Assembly: GCA_963693365.1 (NCBI GenBank)
Contig: CAVNZM010000003.1
Location: 3,109,106 to 3,173,105, forward strand
Direction of reading: 5' to 3'
Source: Amoebidium appalachense
Lineage: Eukaryota; Protista; Ichthyosporea
Length of the DNA: 64,000 nucleotides
Positions 41,775 through 64,000 of this stretch are shown piece after piece; position 1 is the first letter of the stretch; the number at the start of each line of letters is the position of its first letter. The notes under the pieces are model-generated. The model did not search any database and was not told the DNA's origin. It was given only the letters and a program-made list of their open reading frames with translations. A program made the translations under genes and the position numbers.

Positions 41775-42145
41775 GCGTGTGTGCGTGCGTGTGTCATGTG
41801 TGTCTGTGTGTGTGCGCACACGTATCTGTGTGTGTGCGTGTGTGCGTGCGGCCGCGTGTGCGCTCGCGTGCGGGTGTGTGTTCATGTGTGTGAGTGAGTC
41901 TGTGGCGTGCGTACGCGCGTGCGTGCGTGAGTGTTTGGGCCGTGGGTGCGCGCGTGCGTGCGTGTGTGCGTGTGTGTGTTTGTGTGTGTGTTTATTTGTG
42001 TTGTGTGTGTGTTTGTGTTTATGTGTGTGTGTGTGTGTGTGTGTAAGTGCGTGTCTGCGCGTGTCTGTGCGTGTGTGTGCGCGCGCGTCTGTGTGTGTGT
42101 CTGACAACGTGGGCATGTGTGTGTGTGCGTGCACAGTGTGTCACG

Positions 42146-42178
<33 letters not shown>

Positions 42179-42600
42179 TGCGCGTGTGCGTGTGTTTGTG
42201 CGTTTTACGTATTTGGTAAAAACTAAACCGTGTCCACAATAAATGATTCCCCTCGTATTTCGTCTTGCCTTTATTACCTCAGTATTGGGCAACACTGCAT
42301 CGATATCAAACACTGTAATGACGTATTTATGTGTCTTAGCTAAGGGTTTCGTAGTTGAGGGGAGTAAATAGTTATGATGTCCGAAAAACTATGAGATCAC
42401 AAGTTAATAGAGGCCCACCCCCCGCCCCCCTCCTCCCCCTCCGGACACGGGCATACACACAGATACACAAACACGCACGCGTGCGCGCGCGCACACACAC
42501 ACAGACACGTGCAGACACACACTTACACACACACACAGACACACACACACGAACACACACACACACACACACACAAACACACGCACACGCGCACACACGC

Positions 42601-42654
<54 letters not shown>

Positions 42655-42733
42655 ACACACACACACACACCAGGAAACCGTCACACACACTTTCACTTCC
42701 ATTCATGTACACGCACTCGCGCGCACTCGCGCA

Positions 42734-42831
<98 letters not shown>

Positions 42832-42880
42832 CATCCACATGTACATACACTCGCACACGTGCTTGCACGCACACACGCAC
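41775..42880. repeat. Opposed degenerate (GT)n and (CA)n tracts
   Basis: (GT)-rich 41775-42200 and (CA)-rich 42450-42880 flank a unique spacer. Confidence 0.9.
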
Positions 42881-44187
42881 GCCCTCCTGCCTTGCAGAGT
42901 CGAGGCAGAAGTACATGTCCCACGCCGAGTACCTATGTGACTTGCACGTTGTACTTTGCAGGCAGTGAGGCAGAGTGTGAGGCAGCCCTGGAAATTCCAA
43001 TGCATGCGATTGGTCAAAAGCATTCTATGGCGGGAAAATAGAAAAGAAAAGAAAATGAAAAAGGCTGTACTGCATGTCCTGGGGTGGGGGGGTATGATGC
43101 ACTGAATTGGGTGCACTGAATCGCTTTCCGGGCACTGAAACCGACCGGCGCGGGCGGGGGGCGCGAACCCGGGCCGGCACATGATGATTCAGTGCATCGA
43201 ATTCAGTGCAAAAGCTCGTCGGCGTCGCCAGTGCTCATGCACCTAGGGTTTACATAGTTTGCGCAAACTTTGGCGCCAAATCGCCCCGCACGGCCCGGCC
43301 GGCGGGCGCGGCCCGGGTACCATATCAGGAGCGGGCAATTTTTGAATTCTCCCTCCCCGGCCCCGCCGGGGAAAATTTGAGGTTTTTGGACCTCAAAGAA
43401 GTCAAATCCTGCAAAATCCACTACCGGGAGGCCAAAAAGGGTGATTTTACAAAAAAGGAGGGACATACATGAAAAAGAGAAAATGGGCGAGTTCAGTGGG
43501 CTGCCGATAAGTATATTTCGTGCTGGGCCGGTATACATGCTGCCGTGGTTGTTGCTGTAGACGGCAGTATGGCATCGCATGTGTCACGTGACCTGCACGT
43601 GAATGCGACCATGTGCAGGCACTGAGTCTAGGGGGGATTTGTATGTGTGTTTTGGAGCACCGACAAGGCAGAGCCAGGGTGAGGGATGTGTAAACATGGA
43701 GTTTAGGGAGATCGTGCTGCTATTGTAACATGTGCACAAAACAGCCACGTGCACCGGCACACTCCGGTGTACAGAACAATAATATGCACATGCGTCACTG
43801 TAATATCATGTATGCGCATGCCGCACAAGGTTTAGGAGACCACCACAGTATATACTATTTTCTTTTGGTTGATATCCATGTAGGAATGGTGTGTTGCAGT
43901 TGTCATGATCAGCCTGAGGCAGGCACGTGCACTCACTGAATCACTAGAACTCATGAATAAAAAATACATTCGCTAAAAACGGCAAGGTAAATTTGGGGCC
44001 AAGCTATTATTTCCCCCTTTTAAACGTTTTTTTAGCTCCAAGAACTTCGACGCCAAAATTTCTATATTTGGCCATCGTATATGATAATGAACACGTGTAC
44101 TTAAATTAAAGTAGTTATATAAATATGAGCGGCCCGTTACAAATACAGTGACGAAAAACAGTGACCCACGAGCAGTTTTTCTTTCTA

Positions 44188-44232
<45 letters not shown>

Positions 44233-45569
44233 ACACACCAGACACACACACCACCACCACGGTGACCACCACCACCACCACCACCACCACTCACCCCTTA
44301 AGAAAACCACACACATACGTGCACGTGTACACACACACACAGAACACCACCACCACCTCCACTGGACCCCATTTCCTCGTTGTTTTCTTAAGCCTTCAGA
44401 CCAGTCCTGCACACTGGAGTTAAACAATTGAATTCACCTAGGCTGACATGCATCCACCCCCGCCTTCCACTTCCCTCCCCCCCACCCCCCTCCCCCCCAC
44501 CCCCCCCCACCCCCACCCCCTCCCCCTCGATGAAGAAGGGCCCCCGTAAGCCTTGGGGGGGGGGGGGGGGGGGGGAGAGGGGAGGGGGGAGGGGGGAGCT
44601 CTTGAGCCTCCGGGTAGGGAAGTGGGGTCCGGGGATCCGGAGAGGAGGGGGGGGGGGGGGGGGGGGGGGGGAAGGGGCATATAATATTGGGCCTAGATAT
44701 CATAGTATGGGGCCCCGGGGGAGGGGGAGAGGTGGGGGGGGGGAGGGGGGGAGGATCCACGGGAAAGACCTTTAGGTGCATGTTCTTATTTATACCCCCT
44801 TCGAATCATCCCCCCTCTCCCCCCCTCCCTCCCCCCCCCTGAGTGCAGGCCGTGACGTAGCTACGATAACCCTGCAGAAGGCAACAAAAATGTATTAATT
44901 ACTAGCACTATACATGTGTTCATAGTGCAGCTTGCACCACGTATGATCTCAGCAACTTTAAAGTAGTCACAAAGTTTAGTTATTTTCATTATTTTCATTG
45001 CTCTGAACTCTATTACTCTGAAATGATCACCGTGCATGTGCCGCAAGATAACAACCCTATATGTGTGCAGCTGCTGCCTGCAGGTTAGACTCGCTGAAAA
45101 GACAATTGTCAGTGTGCATCCGACGCTTGCAGCTGCAGCTAGCCTCTGCAACATTAATACTTGCCAAGTGAATGCTCTTACACTTGATCATCATTCACTC
45201 AAAAAACCGAGGACAGACAGATTAAATATTAATGTCGATCCGAATGATCAGCAAGTGTCTATGCGTACTACTATATATACACACACGTAAAATGCGAAGC
45301 TATCAGTTACAAGGCACACCTGCTGCACTGGCACACATACACATACACACCGGCAGATCGATGCTGTCAAAATTTACTTTCATGTACTTCGTAGGTCCGA
45401 CACAGGTGCACATGAACACGTACATATGTACAAGCCGCGCACACACCACACCACACATACACACACACACACTCACACTCACACACACACACGCACACAC
45501 GCACACACGCACACACGCACACACGCACGCACGCACGCACACACACACACACACGCACGCACGCACGCG

Positions 45570-45636
<67 letters not shown>

Positions 45637-46071
45637 CACACACACACACACACACATCACTGGGTGCGCTCGCTGGGGATTAGTTTTTTGGCACGCTGTT
45701 GACTTTATCGTGTGTTTATTATTTGCTATTTATTGGCCAGCGGCCAACATTTAAAAATATACTATATACCTAAAAATAGATACTGACTACGGCCAGCAGA
45801 CATTATACACCTTCCAGGACACATTAACACCAATAGTCTAACACACCATACTCTCGATCACAAAGAATTCCTAACAAACAGAGAAAAGTGCAAAGGCTCT
45901 GTACTATTACTCAGATTCTAAATTTTAATTCTTTACAGTAAACTTCGGAATGAAAGCTAGCCCCCCCCCCCCCCCCCCCCCCTCCCCCCTAACATGACTG
46001 TACGAAGAACAGGTATAACTTGAAGCACTACAACACATATGAGATCCGTTACATTGGTGTACATTCCAATA

Positions 46072-48243
46072 TTAGACACTAGTTTGGCTACTCTGACTAC
46101 TCTGAGATCCTGATTGGCTGCCTGCAGACTTGCGGCCACGATTACTTTGCTTTCGATCGTGCCATTGCAGCTGCGTCTCTCCAGCAGGTGGCAACGCCAG
46201 GCCCAGCACAGCAGATGCACGAGAAGGGGGTGGGAACTGCCCACCAGCCGAGGGCTGGCCCACATGGCCCAAGTAAGGATGGGGACCGTGCTGCGGCAGT
46301 AGCCCAGGCATGGGGAAGGCAGGGCCGGGCTGAGGCGGCATGATGCCCCACGGTGGGGGCCAGCCATGTGGGTGGTGCGGGCCTGGATGGGGTGCAGGGG
46401 GCATGTGCGGCACATGGCCCTGCTGCATGTCAAGCGCGGGTGCTGGTGGCATGGCATCCTGATTGGCTGCAACCCAACGTGGGCAGCTCTTGGCCCGATT
46501 GGAGCCGGGGCAGCCCTTGCCCTGGCGGCCACACGTCTTGCAGGTCTTGGGGGCTCTCTGGGGTGGCTGCATAGGAGGGGGCACCGGCAAATCCATCTGC
46601 AGGGGCCCCTCAGGGCCAATGTTGCGATGCTTTTTGCCCACTAGCATGGGCAAGGGCCGCTCACGCTGCGCCCCTGCATCGACACCGTCTGGAACAGGGA
46701 GGGGTGGCAAGGGGGCAGGCCGTATGGTTGCTGGCACAGCGTCTGCCCTCTCCTCGCGCATACGCTTGCGGTGATCTGCCAGGCCCTCGTGTGTGGAGCG
46801 CTGTGCATGTGCCGTCTGCCAGGTCTTCCACTTGTCGAAATGCTTCTTGATGTAGGCCGCATCCTTCATGTAGATTCCCCCAGCCACAGAGGCAGCCTTG
46901 TTGAAGTCTTGGGCCAAAGCCTCGAACAGCTGGCCGTTGGGCTTTGCATGTGCCTTGTAGGTGCCCAGGAGCAGCGTGCTGAATAGCTTGCGCTCCTGAG
47001 GGGTAAGCACCGGAAGGAAGGGGATGGCCACATGTTGCTTCTGCGCCAGGAACTTGTAGTCGCCCCTCAGTGCAGGGTCCGGCTGTGGTGCACCACGCGC
47101 CACCTGGTTGCCCCCCCCCATGGCAGCACCGTCACCCTCCTCGACCTCACAGTCCTCTGGCCCGCCCATCACGCCATTGGCTGCAGGCTCGATGTTATCA
47201 GACGGAGGTGGGGGTGCGGGCACCGCAACTGGCTCCTGCGCCGGGGCATTGGCCACACAGGAGAGCGGGGCAAAGTTGAAGTACTCCTCCGGTAGCTTGT
47301 AGCAGCCTACGGGTACCCACTGGGGGTCGAGGTGATGGCCGTACAGCATCAGCGCCAGTGCCTCCATGTCGTCAACAATCCAGGGGCTGTAGTGGGGGGG
47401 CCCCGATGCCTGGCCCAGGCGGTTGCGGTAGTGTGCACGCAGGTTGTGGCGGTGGCGCCTATTGGACATGGTGGCGTCCAGCAGGCGCAGCGACATGCGT
47501 GTGGCCCCAAAGTGGGTGGCCCGACTCAGTATGGTGTGACGGTATGTAAACGGCAAACCCGAAATTTTTTAGCACAATCATTCTTGGGTAGGCTCGCTAA
47601 TTTCAATGCAGAAAGACGTATTCGCACATGTACACGTGCATGCACACACGCAGGCACGCCTGCGGCACACGCACTTCCGAACGCAAGGCACAAACACCCA
47701 CACAAACACACACGTTACACACATCACATATACACACAACTACATGCACACACATACACATGCAAACACACTTGTATTGGTTGCTAACTCATACGTGTCT
47801 GCAGATTTTCCTCCCCCCGTTAATGGTGTGGGATTTGGAAACCAATTTCCAGATATCCAAATACGCGCCAATATGCCCTGTGAACACAGCACACGGCCCG
47901 TTAGCGAAAGAGGGATGGACTAGATCAGGCAATGATGTCCCACGCAGTGCATACGATTGTAACAGCCGGATTTATATTATATGCCGCATTTATCGTTGCA
48001 ATACGTGTGGAAAGCAAAATAAAAAACACAGTTACAGGGGATATGACCCCATTCTGACGTCAGTATGGGGGCTTTTGCACTGCAGGCCACGGGCAGGGCC
48101 GCCCCCCTGTTGGACATTGTGTTCATAGAAGCTAGTTCTAGTGCACGTTGTTCCTTCTGTAAGTCAGAAATGATTGCATCTTGTGAGGCCAACCTCTGCT
48201 CCAGTAGTTGGACTAGTTGCTGCAACTGTAAGTTGTCAGACAT
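46072..48243 (-). pseudogene. Rearranged transposase-like gene resembling DUF6729/Dada-type proteins
   Basis: C-terminal part on the minus strand (HYSPW, YKFLAQKQ..PFLPVLTPQERKLF, GIYMKD, CCCC finger CKTC..C..C). An N-terminal Cys-rich exon lies on the PLUS strand at 47805-48060 (VWD..CP..GW..PR..D..YRCNTC..GYDPIL). Coiled-coil start on minus at 48243. Catalytic core not seen; family assignment is from memory. Confidence 0.55.
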
Positions 48244-48716
48244 AGTGTCGTGTATGATGGGTAACTAGTCTATGTGTTTTGTGCACTGGAAACGACAGTA
48301 GAAAAGTGTAAATCAAACGTTCTGCTTCCCATGTTTGTGACATGGGAGGCACTGCTTTATATAGTCGTTGGCCACCTCATGGTGGCCTCGTGTGCACCCT
48401 GGTGGTGGGCCATGTACAGCATGGCCGAAAAGAGAGCACAATGAAAACAAGTCGTTAAAGATATAAAAGTTAACTGTGCACGTTGAGTGGCTAGTTAACT
48501 TGCACTAAAGCACACAAATAAACGTGTTTAACACACCAATTGCAGTTAAACGTAAATCTTGCTTCACACAACTAAAAATATTCTGAGAATATCCGGGAAT
48601 AAAGCACACTACCACTCTAAGAATAGAATCCTGTGGCAAATATAGACATGACATCATCTGAACCGGGAATATTAATTAATGAGCACAATTAGCACGTTGC
48701 TAGTGAAGCTCGTCAT

Positions 48717-49819
48717 TGCAGACTTACGCTCACTCCACTATATGTGTATGTTAGCTTTACAATTGGTTCCGTGTACATAGACACATGCTGACACTCGATC
48801 ACCACATGCACATCTGCATAGTTGAGGAATGTTGCCAATTGTGTTTTGACTGCAAACGATTGGTTCACTGGTCCCAGAGATATCTAAATGAAAGTAACCA
48901 ATCCGATTAGCGCCTGGCATCCGGATTACATTCCAGACTGCTGCCCCACGGGTATATAAGCCACGTCTCTGCCAGGTGCAGACATGGAGTTAAGTCATGG
49001 AGTTAAGTCATGGAGTTCAGTCATGGAGTTAACACACTGAAAGCAGTAAAAAACGGGTCAGCGCCCAAGCGCGCCACGACGACCCTAGTCACAGCGGACT
49101 CTACTTCCAACAGGGTTATGGGCCCAGACACGACACCGCGGCCTCTAACTTCACGTCCCCTACGACGCCTTGAACGGAGGAGCCCAGAAACCGACTTCTA
49201 GGCTGTACCCTACACCCGCGAGCGTATTTCCGTGAAGTAGAGACTTTCGCTTCCACAAACTCCATCCGCAGCAGCCTGCGACATCAACGTCAAGTATTCC
49301 ACTTCATTGGCGGGGCACGCACCACAGTGGAATGCACACCCCGGTCTACCCTGCAAGCAGCCACACTCACTCTCTCTTCTCTAGTGGTGTGTACACTTCT
49401 CCAATTGGGTAGGGGTGTTGGAGTGCAGACTTACGCTCACTCCACTATATGTGTATGTTAGCTTTACAATTGGTTCCGTGTACATAGACACATGCTGACA
49501 CTCGATCACCACATGCACATCTGCATAGTTGAGGAATGTTGCCAATTGTGTTTTGACTGCAAACGATTGGTTCACTGGTCCCAGAGATATCTAAATGAAA
49601 GTAACCAATCCGATTAGCGCCTGGCATCCGGATTACATTCCAGACTGCTGCCCCACGGGTATATAAGCCACGTCTCTGCCAGGTGCAGACATGGAGTTAA
49701 GTCATGGAGTTAAGTCATGGAGTTCAGTCATGGAGTTAACACACTGAAAGCAGTAAAAAACGGGTCAGCGCCCAAGCGCGCCACGACGACCCTAGTCACA
49801 GCGGACTCTACTTCCAACA
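48717..49819 (+). mobile_element. TRIM (miniature LTR retrotransposon), Ty1/copia-type
   Basis: LTRs 48717-49112 (lacks the first 8 bp) and 49416-49819 (tgttgga...tccaaca), identical by eye. Copia-type PBS ggttatgggcccag 49114-49127, PPT gggtagggg before the 3' LTR, 303-bp non-coding interior, TATA box tatataag. Confidence 0.92.
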
Positions 49820-49850
<31 letters not shown>

Positions 49851-50397
49851 CCCCCTTCGGGGGACCCCAGGACATGAAGTACCAGCCGGAAAATACCTAA
49901 ATATGGCAATTGCGCAAGGCAGGCACCTTTTGATTGAATGAAAGCAGGGTTTGAAATTCAATTGTGTAAACAAAACAGGGCTGCCTTTTAGGCTCCCCCT
50001 GATCCAGGCCCAGTCGATCCCAGAACACTTTCCAGAACCGTACCTGACAGCTGCATGCAGGACATGAGATCCTTGCGAATGTTGTCTTGAGATCCTTGCG
50101 AATGTTGTCTTGATGCGAGGCACATGCGCTAGTCCACTATTGTTTTCTTTATTCTTTCACAACGAATACATGCGTTTGTGTCAACATCTTAGTCATTTAT
50201 TCATCCTGCACTCTGCACTGTCACCCGTACGCGTGGCCTTGAGTCGAGACCTGCCACACCTGTGCGGGTTAACGTTGTGCTGAGCTGAGTTAATGCCTTT
50301 TTTAATCTTTCTTTCTTTTCTATTACATTCCTGACTTACTGGTTTTTTCCCTGTTTTTGAGAACAGAAATAGTCTCCTGCATCCTTCATCTCAAAAC

Positions 50398-62020
<11,623 letters not shown>

Positions 62021-62450
62021 GAAACTACTGGTTGCTGCTTATAAGGTGCAGGCGTTTGAATGTGTTGGGCACATGATGCAGGCAGATTAATTGAAACGCG
62101 GCTGGATGCCCGTGACACTTACTCTGTCTGCAGGGTGCCACAAGGGTCGGTGGTGTCTTGGTGGTAATCATAGTAGCGGAAGGCATAGATGGGGTTGGTG
62201 GCAGATGGAAGATACTTACGTAAGAGCATATTCGACCTCAATCTACTATGAGAACTCCAGGCAGACGAAGCATTTGAAAGCCTAGTGGGTGCATTGTATC
62301 TGTGTAGAAAGGTAGCTCGGCCGGTTAGGTCTTCTTTCTATCAAAACCTTGGTTGTGTGAACATGTGGCAAAACCACGGCGGCTTAGGCCTCGATCATTG
62401 CAACAATCATTGATTCTGATAAAAAACACTTGTACAGACTGGTGTTGAAC

Positions 62451-62488
<38 letters not shown>

Positions 62489-62951
62489 CCCCCTGCGCTC
62501 CACCCCGCCCCGCCAGGCCCGCCCCGCCCGCCCGCCCCCGAGCACGGTCACAGACAGGCTGTCATATTAGGGGGTTTAGGGCCAGAAAATTGTCCCTGAA
62601 AGTCCGAAAATTGTCCCTAACTTTTTGAGGTTGGGTCCATCAATTTTCTAAAAATTGGCCCTAACAGAGCCAAATATATAAGAAAGTACACCCAAACACG
62701 GTTGTTGGCTCTGTTAGGGCCATCCAGGCTGGTGGAAAGTTACCAAAATGGCTCCAGCGAAAAATAAATTTTACACCCTGGTCACAGAAAAAATGTCCAC
62801 ACGGAAAATTAGGCACCAACACCGGTAAAAATATATAGTACAAGGATCAAATTTTACCCCCCCCCCCCCCCCCCCCCCCTCGCCCCTCAAGAAAAAAAAA
62901 AGCACACACACACTTTGTGACACCATGAAAACAATATGTGTTCCAAGCAAG

Positions 62952-62994
<43 letters not shown>

Positions 62995-64000
62995 TTCCCC
63001 CCCCCCCCCCCCCCCCCCCCCCCCTGCCTCGACGCTGCTGCTGCTGCTGCCGCCGCGGCTTTCGAGCGCGGGTCATCATCAGTCCAGGATCCGGACTGGG
63101 GCCATGTCACATGCAGCCACACCAAGCCCAATGGACTCCTGAACGTCCGGCACCCCGCCAAGGCCACTCTTAGTTCCCAGCGCCTGGGCGGCACCTTGAC
63201 ACACAGCCTCTGAGATTTTGGCTGAGCTTCAAGGTTCCAGAGTGCATGCTGCTTGTTGAGCAAATAATCATGGGGTATACTAGAGGAGCCCACAAGTTCA
63301 TGTCTATGTGATTTGCGTTGTTCTTTGTCGCGTCCATTCAAGCGCATACGTGTGTATGCTTGTGTGTGTGTGTGTGTGTGTGCGTGCATATGTGCGTGCA
63401 TGCGTGGGTTTGTCATAAACCCACGCACACGTACACACGGTGTGTACGTGTGTGTGTGTACGTGTGTGTGTGTATTGGCCGGCATGTGTGTGTGCATGGT
63501 CGTGCGTGAGTGTGCGCGTGTATGCGTGGGTGCGTGCGCTGCGGGATCCGTGCGTGTGTTTATGTCACAGTGTGTGGGTGTGTATATGCGTGTGCGTGTG
63601 CGTGGACGTATACGCGTGTGTGATAGGTGCTTGTGGGCATTGTTGTCGTACCTGGCCATGCTTGGCAAGTCTAGATCTTCGTCTGACAGCACGCATGCTG
63701 AAATCTGTTACGCGCACAAGCGTTTGTTCTCATTACAGGTGTGGGTATGTGTCAGTAGCACGAATGCACGTAAGAATTTCTGCGCAGATGCTTAAGGCTC
63801 ATATGCATGTATTAAAACACGTGCACCCTCCGTCATCACCAGCATCCCAGCAAGTTCAGGCTCCACATGGGCCACGGCCATGTCGCGTACATGCAAGCAC
63901 ATTCTTGTGTGCAAGATTCTGTGCAGCCTGTTTTGAGTATGTTTAGTTTTGAGTACCATACAGTAGAACCTCTTCGTTTTCGATGACACTCAATATTTCA

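Larger units (their letters stand above)
43063..49887 (-). mobile_element. Putative degenerate DNA transposon with imperfect terminal inverted repeats
   Basis: ggctgtactgcatgtcctggggt (43063-43085) vs accccaggacatgaagtaccagcc (49864-49887). These enclose a subterminal inverted repeat, transposase-like remnants and a TRIM. No clean adjacent TSD. Confidence 0.5.

Noticed and set aside
63030-63330. Terminal exon of a minus-strand gene
   Set aside because: Composition is coding-like, but the frame is ambiguous and no motif was recognised.

Overview
Intron-rich, microsatellite- and homopolymer-rich eukaryotic genomic DNA. The gene content (tyrosine-kinase-type domain, Ca-EGF, RGS, alpha-arrestin, tyrosinase) suggests a non-animal opisthokont such as an ichthyosporean; this is inference only. 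Six host genes can be reconstructed by hand with phase-consistent GT-AG introns: a cNMP-cNMP-RGS protein (5'-partial), a small C2H2-like protein, a secreted EGF-mucin-tyrosinase, an alpha-arrestin, an intronless pectinacetylesterase/Notum-family esterase, and a giant tyrosine-pseudokinase-SEL1 protein. The most striking structure is an 11.6-kb unit (10514-22081) bounded by a perfect 15-bp target-site duplication. It begins with a tRNA-derived A/B-box head and ends in a LINE stem-loop/(ATAAA)n tail. It carries a piece of a second LINE family, a body shared with a 579-bp TSD-flanked tRNA-SINE at 30651-31229, a younger intact EN+RT LINE copy, a Tc1/mariner-type non-autonomous element with cargo, a nested PIF/Harbinger derivative, and several transposon excision footprints. 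This points to a tRNA-headed LINE family with a SINE-like deletion derivative. Also present are a copia-type TRIM with apparently identical LTRs and a rearranged DUF6729/Dada-like transposon remnant. Most ORFs in the supplied track are microsatellite artefacts. All family assignments are from motif recognition and were not confirmed by database search.
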